DNA of 64,000 nt, taken from the NCBI RefSeq assembly GCF_006345805.1, contig NC_043009.1, positions 60,388,001-60,452,000 of the forward strand. The letters are read 5' to 3'. Of the stretch, positions 36,458-48,649 are shown in pieces (within the stretch, counting starts at the first letter, position 1; each line of letters opens with the position of its first letter). This stretch comes from Octopus sinensis (taxonomy: Eukaryota). Made by a program: the position numbers and the translations under genes. The notes below the pieces were generated by a model, which did not search any database, was not told the origin of the DNA, and saw only the letters and a list, made by a program, of their open reading frames with translations.

Positions 36458-38110
36458 GCATTCAGCGATGACATCGGGATGGAGTTTGGACTTGAGAAGT
36501 GTGCCAAGGCCACTTTCCAGAAAGGGAAAGTGAAGACCACAAATTCAGTCGTGTTAGATGTTGACACAGTCATAAGAGAGCTTGAGCAAGAACAAACATA
36601 CAAATATTTAGGGATAAATGAAGGCTCTGGTATTCAGCATGCAAGCATGAAAGAGAGGATCAGGAAGGAATGTTATAGGAGAGTTCGTGCAGTCCTGAAA
36701 TCTGAACTAAATGCACGTAACAAGGTGTTAGCTATAAATTCCTTAGCAGTTCCAGTTGTTACTTATAGCTACAATGTGTTGAACTGGAATATGAGTGAAG
36801 TAAAAAATATAGATAGGAAAATACGCAAGCTGCTGAGTTGTAATAGGATGCACCACCCAAAGGCAGACGTAGACCGCCTTTACCTTCCCAGAGCCCAAGG
36901 AGGTCGAGGCCTGATCCAATTTGAACTAGCTTACAAAACAACCACAATTGGACTGGCCAAATATCTCGAAATATCGAATGACTGGATGCTAAAGCTCATG
37001 GAAAATCACGAGAGACGAAAGAAGCTTCATTCTATCATAAAGGAAAGCAAAAAATTTGCTATTGATCTCGTGCAGGATACCCAAACTGAACAACCCGAGG
37101 GAAGTACGGCAACTATTGTTGCAAAGAAGGTGAAAATGATGGCAATGAAAAAAGCGCACGAGCAATTGGCTGATAGGTGGGAGGAGAAACCTCTGCACGG
37201 CAAATATGTGACCCGCAGCAAACAAGCTCATGTTGACCAGAAGCAAACCCATCAGTGGCTACGGAGCTCAGGGCTAAAAGCAGAGAGCGAAGGTTTCATC
37301 CTGGCTGCTCAAGATCAAAGCCTATTAAGCCGGAACTACCAGGCCAATGTGATGAAAAATGGAGCAGACCCAAAATGCCGATTCTGCAACGACATGATTG
37401 AAACAGTGGACCACCTAATCTCTGGATGTAAAGTCTTAGCACCAGTGGAGTATAAATTAAGACATGACAGAGTTGGCCAATATCTACACTGGCTAATAAG
37501 TCGGCATTACAATATCAAAACTGCCGACAAGTGGTATAATCACCACCCTGAGGCTGTAACTGAAGGAGAAAATGTAACCATTCTGTGGGACTTTCCAGTA
37601 CATACAGACCGAACCATCAAGGCCAATAAACCAGATATTGTTGTGAAAGACCAAAACAATAAAGTTTGCTTATTGATCGACATGAGCATCCCCTGTGATC
37701 ATAATATCTCAGCGAAAGAGTTTGACAAGCTCAGAAAATATAAAGACCTACTCATTGAAATTGAGAAAATGTGGCATCTCAAGGCGGTTACAATACCAGG
37801 AGCACTAGGAATGATCAAGAAGGGAACTGAAAATTATATGAGAATGATCCCTGGCTTACCATCCCTGCAAGAAGTGCAAAAGATTGTCTTAACTGGTACA
37901 TCACACGTATTGAGAAGAGCATTGTTGATGTGAGAACTGTTGCTGCTCATGTATTTTAATTTAACTTTAAAAAAAAATTTTTTTAAATGAACGAACTATT
38001 GAGTTTGGTTTAATGGCCTACCAATGTATACTATGAGTTTCTTTGCCCTAGGAGTCGGGAAGACACTCGGCAAGAAATGGAAGCAAATTTGAAAGAAGAA
38101 AAAAAAGTAA
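36458..38110 (+). mobile_element. 5'-truncated Dong/R4 element flanked on both sides by (TAA)n
   Basis: (AAT)n upstream; 3' UTR then A-rich/(TAA)n downstream. Confidence 0.85.
36479..37933 (+). CDS. R4/Dong-clade non-LTR retrotransposon ORF, 5'-truncated: RT C-terminus, CCHC finger, restriction-like endonuclease
   Basis: 484 aa with no stop; FGLEKCAK, YKYLG, RLYLPR.QGGRGL, CRFC...ETVDHLISGC, RHD and KPDIVV...LLIDMSIP...K..KY motifs. Confidence 0.92.
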   Translation: MEFGLEKCAKATFQKGKVKTTNSVVLDVDTVIRELEQEQTYKYLGINEGSGIQHASMKERIRKECYRRVRAVLKSELNARNKVLAINSLAVPVVTYSYNVLNWNMSEVKNIDRKIRKLLSCNRMHHPKADVDRLYLPRAQGGRGLIQFELAYKTTTIGLAKYLEISNDWMLKLMENHERRKKLHSIIKESKKFAIDLVQDTQTEQPEGSTATIVAKKVKMMAMKKAHEQLADRWEEKPLHGKYVTRSKQAHVDQKQTHQWLRSSGLKAESEGFILAAQDQSLLSRNYQANVMKNGADPKCRFCNDMIETVDHLISGCKVLAPVEYKLRHDRVGQYLHWLISRHYNIKTADKWYNHHPEAVTEGENVTILWDFPVHTDRTIKANKPDIVVKDQNNKVCLLIDMSIPCDHNISAKEFDKLRKYKDLLIEIEKMWHLKAVTIPGALGMIKKGTENYMRMIPGLPSLQEVQKIVLTGTSHVLRRALLM

Positions 38111-39467
38111 TAACAATAATAATAATAATGAAATTATTGTATACAGTGCTCAGGTGCACCACAACTTGTCGAAAGTGCATATAAAGCATATGCAGTAATG
38201 TACAAATGTCTGGGAAGTGAACAGTGTATGAGTCAGATACATGCTTGCGTGTGTATGAAAGGGAGAAAAACAGGTGTAGTGTTGGCGAACCTCAGGAAGC
38301 ATGGAAGTCTTGAAGGATGCAGTGCTCCGACAACTAACAACTGATGCCGGCAGTTTGTTCCATACTTCAGCAACTCTTAGCATGAAAAAATGTTTTCGAA
38401 AGTCATGGGAGCTGTGCTTTTTTCTGACTTTGTAAACATGTCCACGGGTGTTAGACAGCTGGATTTGTAAAGGTGCTCAGAGTTATTGTTAGTAAAATGG
38501 TTAATAATTTTATGGGTGTCTGCCAAGTCAGCTGCCAGACGTCGGAGTTCCAATGTATCCATGCCCAGGGAAGTAAGGTGTGTTTATATTGAAGTTATCT
38601 AGACTGATCAATTCAATGATTTCTGTTAAGCAAGCAGTAAAAATAAACATATTAATCTCTCTATATATAAAGCTGAAGTTGTGTGTGTGTGGCAGGTTTG
38701 GTAGCCTTCAACTAACACTATCTCCTCCGAGACCCTGTGGCACAAGTTGACCAAAATTGAGAGTATGATAGAATAAGGCTTGTTCTTCCTTCCGTAGAAG
38801 AAAAAATTCAAATCAGACCATGTTAACACCAAAAATTATTTACATCAAAAAGGTGCTTTTTTTTCTATGAAAAGCCCTATTTTTTACGATTTTTTTACTG
38901 CTGTGTCGCCATTTTTTGGTGTATTTCAACCAGAAAATGTTCACTTAAAGAGAATAACAAGCTACATAATCCAAAATTTTTACTTTTCAAAAATTCCAAT
39001 TCTAAAGGGTCGAAACAAACCTGAGCAACGCCGGGCGATACTGCTAGTTTTAGAATAAATCATTTTGGTTATCTCTTCCTGGTTCAGCTTTCAATAACTA
39101 CACACAGAATATATTCTCTCTACATAGCATTTGTTGATTCTTATGAAATCATGTGGTATAGTGGTTAGAGTGTTGCAGTCACGTTCACAATAATGTGATT
39201 GTCCATTAAAAAAATAGAAAAAATAGGATGGTTGTTAAAAAGTTTTAAAATTAGAATGCACACGATTGTTATGAGCTACAAGTTGTTAACTTACTTTGAG
39301 GCTAAATATAAATAATAACTAGAGACAGGACTTATTTCAGTCAGGAACCTTCTGTATCAGAGTTTTTCAACCATTTTTTATCTATGGAACCCTTTGATTC
39401 CTACTTTACTTGGAAGGACCCTCCTAGCCATTCAATGGTTTAAAAACTCCTATTGTATTTTCATATT

Positions 39468-39852
39468 GTGGAAGCACTCTGTCGGTTGCAACGACAAGGG
39501 TTCCGGTTGATCCGAATCAACGGAACAGCCTGCTCGTGAAATTAACGTGTAAGTGGCTGAGCACTCCACAGACATGTGTACCCTTAACGTAGTTCTCGGG
39601 GATATTCAGCGTGACACAGAGAGTGACAAGGCCGGCCCTTTGAAATACAGGTACAACAGAAACAGGAAGTAAGAGTGAGAAAAAGTTGTGGTGAAAGAGT
39701 ACAGCAGGGATCACCACCATCTCTGCCGGAGCCTTGTGGAGCTTTAGGTGTTTTCGCTCAATAAACACTCACAACGCCCGGTCTGGGAATCGAAACTGCG
39801 ATCCTATGACCGCGAGTCCGCTGCTCTAACCACTGGGCCATTGCGCCTCCAC
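39468..39852 (-). mobile_element. SINE family B with 12-bp TSD TATTTTCATATT
   Basis: TSD at 39456-39467 and 39853-39864. Confidence 0.9.
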
Positions 39853-40084
39853 TATTTTCATATTAGGAATTGTATAAAAGAGATTGTTAGAATATTTTGT
39901 GTATTGTAGAAATAAAACCAATCTATTGCACAGAAATTTTAACAAGTAAATCTTACATGGACCCCATTTGAGAACCATTGGTCTACAGGGTCTCCCAATC
40001 TGCTAAAAATAAAGATAACACTTCCATTTTGAGACTTATCTTTAGCATAGATGGACCCCCTGCACACACACACATACAATAATT

Positions 40085-40985
40085 GGCTAGGACAATGAAG
40101 GTTCCAACTGATCCGACCAACAGAAGAGCTTGCTCATGAAATTAAATATGCAAGTGGCCGAGTACTCCACAGACACACATACCCTTAATATAGTTCTCAG
40201 GGGGATTCAGCATGACACAGAGTGTGACAAGGCTGGCCCTTTGAAATACAGGTACTACTCACTTTTGCCAGCTGAGTGGACTGGACCACCGTGAAATAAA
40301 GTGTCTTGCTCAAGGACACAAGGCATCACTGGGAATTGAACTCATGACCTTATGACTGTGAGTCGAATACTCTAACCATGAAGCCACACTTATATAGTTC
40401 AAGTAATATTCTATCAAATGATATAATGACATGCAATTAATGCTCAGAGTGATTTAGCAAAAGGTAATGATGATACAGTTGCCTGGCAACAAATGACTAT
40501 AAAGTGGTTTGTCATTGAGCAGAAACACATACTGTAGAACACAATCATGAATAAGGCAAATAATTGATATAATTTTAGGTCAAGGCATTTATATATTTAA
40601 ACATAATTGCTAGGTTGTTAGTGTGAGAGTGCGTGTGTGAATGTGTGTGTGTGTGAGAGAGAGAGAGCGTGCGTGTGTGTGCATGCATGTGTATGTAATT
40701 TATATTAGTTAAATAAGATTTGGGTAAAAAAACCTTGTGTGGAGGTGCGTGGCTTAGTGGTTAGGGTGTCAGCATCATGATCGTAAGATTGTGGTTTCGA
40801 TTCCTGGACCGCGCGACGCGTTGTGCTCTTGAGTAAAACACTATATTCCGTGTTGCTCCAGTCCACTCAGCTGACAAAAATGAGTAATGTTGTGATGGAC
40901 TGGCGTCCCATCCAGCTGGGGAACACATACGCCATAGAAACCGGGAAACTGGGCCCATGAGCCTGGCTAGGCTTTAAAAGGGCGC
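40085..40985. mobile_element. Two tRNA-derived SINEs related to family C (about 40085-40390 minus; about 40740-40985 plus)
   Basis: tRNA-like heads with A and B boxes; shared caagacactttatttcacg..ctccagtccactcagctg core. Confidence 0.7.
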
Positions 40986-41294
40986 ATTTATTTTTATTTA
41001 AAAAACCTTGTCATATGCTATGCAAAGCTCACCCACAGTTATTGGCTAGCAGATGTCATTATACAGTGGAAATGCTTATGATAAAGGATATATTCATCAG
41101 GAATTCCATAGTATCCATAGATCTTAAATAAATAGATAAATAACAGAGAATGGACTGAGTGGCATTATTTAAAATCATTTCAATTGTGTGTCCCACCCAT
41201 GCTAGTATGGAAGACAGAAGTTAAACGATGATAACATTGGTACATTGGTGAGATGATATAATTAACATATTGTGTAATCACTATCATCCATTAA

Positions 41295-41765
41295 TCCTTT
41301 CGTTACCATATTTATTTTGAGATGCTCTGTGTTTCTTTCAATTACTTTAAATATAACAGAGAATTTTGGAAAATAACTTAGTTATCATTCAGCTAGTGTT
41401 AGAAACATAAATTGTGACAAAGGTTTGATGGAAGATTTTAATTCAAAACTTTTGAAAACAAGACATTTGAATTATATAGCCAGAAGCGGTTTCAGCCAGG
41501 TTGGTAACGAAAGGGTTAAGAATGGTTTCTCTATTATATATTTTAACCCTTTTGTTACCATATTTCTGTTGAGATGCTGTGTTTCTTTCAATTACTTTAA
41601 ATATAACAAAGTATTTAGTAAAATAACTTAGTTATCATTCAGCAAGTGTTAGGAACATAAATTGTGACTAAGGTTTGATGGAAGATTTTAATTCAAAACT
41701 TTTAAAAACAAGACATTTATACTACAAAGCCAGAGCTGGTTTCAGCCAGGTTGGTAACGAAAGAG
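41295..41765. mobile_element. Two adjacent piggyBac-type MITEs (41295-41515 and 41547-41765)
   Basis: Each is flanked by TTAA and homologous to 7148-7368. Confidence 0.8.
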
Positions 41766-43114
41766 TTAAAGGTGCAAGATGTGTTTCTTCAGGTGAAGAA
41801 TAAGTCCTTCGTTAGATCATACTGCCATTTCACCCAGTGAGAAAATGAATACCCAAAGCAGTGACTATATTCAGCAATTTGCAGACAAAATTCAATCCAT
41901 AGATACAGCAACAGACAAAACACAATTACATTAAAAATACAAAACACAGAAACTGAAAAAATTAAAGAAAGGAAAAGCAAAAAATTGTCCATGCTGGCTA
42001 TAAATTCTGATTCTGTCTTTGTGGTCAGATTATGAGGAAGAGAAGGTAAAACAGAATGAAGAATAAAATGTTTTATTTTGTTCTTTGTTTTATTTTGACT
42101 TTCCTAGAATTGAGAAATTTCACAATAATCTTAGCAAAGACTAAAGTTACTGTAAGAAGAAAGAATTCAGTTGGCATCGGAGAAATCATTGTGCTCTATA
42201 TTACAGAAATGGAGCGGCTAGGAATTCCATATGGTGGGCATAATGTGATCTATGGATGTACGAAAGGACAAGAAGCATAATGGGACCACAGACAGACTGA
42301 AAGTGAATAAAGACTCGGCTGTAGTTAGCAATCAGAATTCCATCTCATTTCACCTGTATTTTACCTGATTTATGGTATTTCAATTTCATTTTGCTTGCGA
42401 AGACCTGTTGGGGCAAGTGAAATCGAAATCGGAATCGAAATTGAACCAATCCTATGACTGGCACCCAGCAGATGCCAGGACCCCTGGACTGGAGGTACGT
42501 AAAAAGCACTATCCGAACCGTGGCCGATGCCAGCGCCGCCTCGACTGGCTTCCGTGTCGGTGGCACGTAAAAAGCACCATCCGAATCGTGGCCGAAGCCA
42601 GCGCCGCCTCGACTGGCTTCCGTGTCGGTAGCACGTAAAAAGCACCAATCCGACCGTGGCCGATGCCAGCCTCACCTGGCACCAGTGCCGGTGGCACGTA
42701 AAAAGCACCCACTACACGGAGTGGTTGGCGTTAGGAAAGGCATCCAGCTGTAGAAACATTGCCAGATAAGACCGGAGCCTGGTGCAGCCTTCTGGCTTCC
42801 AAGATCCCTGGTCAAACCGTCCAACCCATGCTAGCATGGAGAACGGACGTTAAACAATGATGATGATGATGATGATGATGATTTTCATTTAAACTCACCT
42901 TTGATGCATTTCTCCTTATCTATGACCTCTTTTGTATTATCTAGTCACATGTTGTATGGTTAAGAGGTTTATTTCCCAACCACATGGTCCCAGCTTCAAT
43001 TCTACTGCACGGCACCTTGGGTAAGAGTTTTCTACTATAGCCACTTCAAAGCCTTGTGATTAGATTTCGTTTTTGGTAAATAAAAACTGAAAGAAATGTA
43101 TGTATATATATATA

Positions 43115-43168
<54 letters not shown>

Positions 43169-43249
43169 AGAATTCACAAAAAAACAAAAGACAGGTGGTG
43201 TAGAAAACAAACAGATGTATTAGTATAACACACAGGAATTGAAAAAAGT

Positions 43250-43285
43250 CTTTAATGTTTCGAGCCTGTGCTCTTCCACAGAAAG
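43250..43285 (-). ncRNA. Degenerate hammerhead-like motif in a Penelope-like remnant
   Basis: cttt CTGTGGA a gagc acag gctc GAAA ca TT aaag. Confidence 0.45.
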
Positions 43286-43338
43286 AAACAAGGAGAGAAA
43301 ACAAATGTGTGTAGTGGTTAGCGATCTATCATGGTGAA

Positions 43339-43381
<43 letters not shown>

Positions 43382-43569
43382 TGGGTGCTGAAAAGATCCT
43401 GGCTTTTAAGGGTATTGTGAAAGGTCTGCCTGGAGGCCCAACCTTCCAAGTTCTTTTACAGGGCTTAGAAAAACTGAAGGACCACTGCAATAAGTGTTTG
43501 AACCTGAGAAGGGAAATATGTGGAATAAAATAATAACAACCAATCCTCCTGTATTTTCTTTTACTCAAA

Positions 43570-46070
43570 ACTAGGAATTTTTCAGCACCCTCTTCATATA
43601 TATATACTGGATGGCCACCTCTGACACTTCTACATATGTCAGACCAGTGGCCCCTACTGATATTCCATATGCCATACTAGTATTCCTGCTAAACATCAGG
43701 GGCCTTGTAATGTCCCACCAATACAAAACCCAATACCAGAAAGATTCAGTGACATATAGGCAGGCTAAATGCATGGCGTTGACGAGGCCAAGGTACACAT
43801 GCAAAAATATGTTATATTGTGAACTGGCAGAAGGGAAAGGACTCATGGTGGAGTTGCCGTGTATATCTGGGAATATGTCATGCCTATCGTCCTGCTGTTA
43901 CACTCAAACTCAGTCTGTGACACTTTGGTGTGCACATTAAATAGATGAAATGATAATATGCATTACATATCACCCACCAGATGCTCCAAGTCATGGAGAC
44001 TCATTCAAAGAGAGTGTCAAAACGAAGAAAGAAGCATTAAACAATGTTGATGACAGCCTTCAAACACTTCTTTTAGGAGACTTCGACCTCCCCAATGTCA
44101 AATGGCCTGAGAGCTGCCTTCTCTCAGGTATGTCACTGCATGAACAGAGGCAAGCAGAGTCTCTGCTTGACCTCACAAGCATGCTCTTTGTGGGAACAAA
44201 TAGTGCACCACTCAACAATGGGAAAAAATGTCCTGAACTTCTGATTCGCAAATAATGCAGTGCTCATCCACAATGACAACTCTCTCAGACCATAACTTAA
44301 TAAAAATAACAATGTATGGTCTGCAAAATACTGCAGACATGCAGGCTACTAGAAGCGCTCACTTCCTCTCCAGTCTGAACTTTCACAACGCTGATTGAAA
44401 GGGTGTTGAGAAAGAGGTCTGCCAGTCTTTCTGTGCAAGATATTTACATAAAGACAAAACCTAAAACCTCCTATAGGTTTACTAAAGAGTCTGCTTCAGT
44501 ATGGTACCAGACACTAGTTGAAAAAATGGGCCACTGACTGCAGACCCCCAGAGGATCATTAAAATACTGAATATGCAATACAAGAATACTTTCATAACTG
44601 TTATATTGTGCATGTATTGTGGTGAGTTCTTCGGCACCACAGCTCTACACAAAAAGATGGCAATTATTGATAACTTCTAAATAGAGGAAACAGGCATATC
44701 AGTCATTGATGAAACGAGCTCAAACTCAGCAACAAGCTCTGATAAATTACCAGCAGTCCTCCTAAAGAAATGCAAAGGGGTTCTAGCAAGACTACAACAG
44801 ATTCTCTTTCAGAGTTTTCTCGCAACTGGGAAACTTCCCAAAATGTTAAAGGAAGACATGGTATGTCCTGTCCATACGAAAGGTAGCTGAACAAATGTTA
44901 AATTATAGACCTGTCTTTCTCACCATCCATATCACCAAAGTCACGGGATGCTTTGTTAAGAGGAACCTGATCGAGTTCCTCAAAGATAATGCTAGGTGCC
45001 CCCTGACACCTAGCATGGCTTTTGCTCAGGAAGAAGCTGCCTTACACAGCTCTTGCAGCATTATGACAAGGGGTCAAAACAATTAATGAATGACTCAAAT
45101 ATGGATGTGGTACATCTTGACATTGCAAAGGGCTTTGATATGGTAGATCAAGGGATGATATGTCACAAGTTATGGAGGCTCAGCATAGTAGGAAAACTGG
45201 AAGAGTGGTTACATGACTTCTTAAAAGACAGAAACCAGTGGTAGCAGCTAATGAAGTCCTTTCAAGAAGATATCAATAGAGAGTGGAGTGCCTCAGGAAA
45301 CTGTCTTGAGACCACTGCTGTTTATGATGGCTCTCTTAAACATGCTATGAGTTAGGCAGACAACCACATTTTCTAGCTATGTCAATGACACAAGCAGTCA
45401 AAGAATCTTCCAATGCTAATCTTCTAAAGAAAGACTTAGATGGGCTGAAGAAAACAACATGCAATTTAATGCAAGTAAATTCCTTGCCCTCCACTATCAC
45501 CAAGCTAGAGTTCACATGCCACAGCAACAATACTTTTGATCAGAAGAGCAGCAATCTCAGAGTCATGTACTGTGTGTGATCTGAGGGTTGATATGAGCAA
45601 CAATGCTTCATTTCACATACTTATCACCAAGACAGTGGCAATGGGCAAGCGAATGGCTGGCTGGATTCTGAGAACCTTCAGAACAAGGGACCAGGAAATT
45701 ATGCTGGTTCTATGGAGAACGTTTGTACTCAGCTATTTTGACTATTGCTCATAACTGTGGTTACCACACAGGGTCAAACTAATAGTAGAACTTGAGGCAG
45801 TTCAGCAGTGCTACACCATGAAGATTGCATCAATGGAACAGATAATCTACTGGGAGGAACTGAAAGAGCTATGGCTCTACGTCCTGAAGCAACAATATAA
45901 GTATGGAAGATTCTGGAGGGGTTGGCACCAAACTTTGATATCAAGAGCTGTACTAACCCCTGAACTGGACGTCACTACACTGCTCCAGATGTCCCATCTA
46001 TCCCATCTAGAGTGAGGAACATGTGCTGCAGTGGCTTGGGATTCAAGGGCCCACAGCGATTTAGTGTCTT
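43570..46070 (+). mobile_element. Highly degenerate CR1/L2-group LINE (endonuclease plus RT pseudogene)
   Basis: ITYHPP, LLGDFDLPNVKW, YRPVFLT, VVHLDIAKGFDMVD, SGVPQ.TVL.PLLF and LSYFDYCS relics. Confidence 0.8.
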
Positions 46071-46418
46071 GCCAGTTGCATTAGGGCAATCACTGAAAAG
46101 GTGATGACACTAGCCATCCTCCAGCATGCCCATATATGAAATAAAGGATATATATGTATATAAAAATATATACAAGATAAGAAAATGGAGAAATACATCT
46201 AAATCAAATATCAATTACACGATAATACTCAATCACATACTTTATTAAACCACCACATAAGAGACTGTAGGGTTACATATAAAAAGCAGAACAAATCAGT
46301 GTACATACAGTAGTGTACATAAAAAAGCATACATAAAAGAGTAATGATGTATAATAAGTAGAATATATATAAAAGAGAATATAAATATAAGTAAATATAA
46401 ATATAAGTATTAATTTAC

Positions 46419-46545
46419 ATCTTACAGCTGTTTCGGCCATGTAGATAAGTATGTCTCATTTTACCAATATTAGCCTTTTGTGGTAGGTCAATATATAGAT
46501 ATAAATGAGACATTTACAAAAATATCATAAGGCCTCTTTGGAGAT
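46419..46545 (-). ncRNA. Decayed hammerhead motif with long helix II
   Basis: atct CCAAAGA ggcc ...(about 90 nt, internal atgtctcattt/aaatgagacat stem)... ggcc GAAA cagctg TA agat. Confidence 0.5.
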
Positions 46546-47017
46546 TATATATTTATTTATATATGTGTGTGCGTGTGTGTGTGTGTGTGTTTGTGTGTCC
46601 ATGTTTGTCACCCCACCATCGCTTGACAACAGATGCTGGTGTGTTTACGTCCCCATAACTTAGTGGTTCAGCAAAAGAGACCGTTAAAATAAGTCCCAGG
46701 ATTGATTTGCTCAACTAAAGGCAGTGCTCCAACATGGCTGCAGTCAAATGACTGAAACAAGTAAAAGAATAAAAGAATATATATATATATATAACTATGT
46801 CCCTTTCTTATGCTGATGGCACATAAAAGCACCCATTACACTCTCAGAGTTTGGAAGGGCATCCAGTCTTAGAAACCATGCCATGACAAACTGGAGTCTA
46901 GTGCAGCTTGCCAGCCCTGGTAAAAACATCCAACCCCTGCCAGCATGGACAGCAGATGTTAAATGATGATGATATGTGTGTGTGTGTGTGTGATATATAT
47001 ATATATATATATATATA

Positions 47018-48296
47018 CGAGGGGCGTTCAATAAGTAATGCCCCTGACCCACTTCCCATCGCAGTAGAGCAACAAAACTTGGTACAGTTATTAGTCTTTT
47101 TCTACATAGGACCCACCAAGAGGTACGCATTTCTCCCATCATTTGATGCAGCTCTGGAGACCGTTTTTGTAGAAGACCCCAGCTTGGTCCTCCAACCACG
47201 ACGTGACTTCAGAAATCAAGGCTGCATCATCTGGGAAATGCTTTCCTTTCAAAAACAACTTCATGGCTGGAAAGAGGAGAAAATCAGAGGGTGCAAGGTC
47301 AGGAGAGTAGGGGAGAGGGGGGAGGGGTTCATAGCCACACGCCTGTGCTTCTGATCTGGCGACACGCGAGTTGTAGACCGGAGTGTTGTCGATGCCTTTG
47401 CTGATCTTGCCCCACCTCATGATTTTGATAGCTTCTCTTAATTTCCTAAAAAGTGAAGCATAATAGGCTCCTGTAATTGTGGTACCCTTTGCCAGGAAAT
47501 CTGTCATCACTACTCCGTCCTGGTCCCAGAAGACTGTGAGCATGACCTTGCCAGTGGAGGGCTGCACCTTTGCCTTCTTTAGAGGAGGTCAGTCATGGTG
47601 CTTCCACTGCATTGACTGGGCTTTGGTCTCTGGATCATAGTGATGGACCCAGGTTTCATCCTGTGTAATCAGTCTTTTGAAAAATTTTGACTCATCTTCT
47701 TGGCACATCTCCAAATTCATCCTTGAGCACTCGACGCGTTTTTGCTTCTGGAAAGGTGTGAGCAACCTGGGAATCCAACTAGCAGACACTTTTTGCATAT
47801 GCAAATGGTCATGAATGATAGTTTCCACAGACCCGGTACTAATCTTGATCTCATGGGCTATTTGGCGAATAGTTATGCATCGATCTTCCAAAATGGCAGC
47901 CTCAACTTGACAGACAGATGCCTCATCAATAGCAGAAGGGGGCGACCAGATCTGGGAGCTGTTTCCACAGAGCTCCGACCATGTTTGAATTCACGATGCC
48001 AGCGTTTTACAAGGTCATATGATGAGGCATCATCACCATAAGTTACTTTCATTTCATCAAAAGTCTCCCATGGTGTGCATCCTTTCAAATACAAAAACCG
48101 GATCACTGCTCGACACTCAACAGGCTCCATTTCACACTTGACTCTGTTCAAACACCTGTAAATCAGAAACTGCAATTAGTTCAGAGCTGTAATTTGCCAC
48201 TTAATCTATAGAGATATAAATAATTGCACATGCAAAATTTCAGCTAGATCAAATAACTGCAAGTGAGTCAGAGGCATTACTTATTGAACGTCCCTC

Positions 48297-48297
<1 letters not shown>
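47018..48297 (-). mobile_element. Full-length mariner (Tc1/mariner) transposon with disrupted transposase
   Basis: TIRs CGAGGGGCGTTCAATAAGTAATGCC / GGCATTACTTATTGAACGTCCCTCG, TA TSD; WIPRLLT, ITQDETW, YSPDLAPSDF motifs split over three ORFs. Confidence 0.95.
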
Positions 48298-48355
<58 letters not shown>

Positions 48356-48446
48356 TAATCCAAACGGGAAAACAGAAAAAACAACAACACGTGGAACAAT
48401 TACAGTATTATTATTATTAGGCGCTCAGGAAAATGGAAGAAGGAGG

Positions 48447-48481
48447 GTATGACGTTTCGAGCGGAGCTCTTCGTCGGAAAC
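48447..48481 (-). ncRNA. Hammerhead-like motif with U4C core variant
   Basis: gttt CCGACGA a gagc tcc gctc GAAA cg TC atac. Confidence 0.5.
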
Positions 48482-48649
48482 ATAAGAGAAAGAAAGAAAG
48501 ATCCCGAGACGGGAGGACTGAGGAAAAAAAATTGCAGGTCGTCTTCACGAGGTCACATACTGAAAAGACGGAAGTAGTAAAAAAGGAGGAAAATGTTTTT
48601 TTTAAAAACAGGAGAGCTGAATCAATGAGGGAATGGTAAAAAAGGTGTT

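Noticed and set aside
35779-36603. Poly-Ile, poly-Leu and poly-Asn ORFs
   Set aside because: They are translations of (AAT)n/(TTA)n microsatellite.
42395-42440. GCTTGCGAAGACCTGTTG...GCAAGTGAA hairpin as a possible ribozyme or snRNA
   Set aside because: It aligns with the end of the RTE ORF (compare 27030-27065), so it is explained as coding terminus plus 3' UTR.
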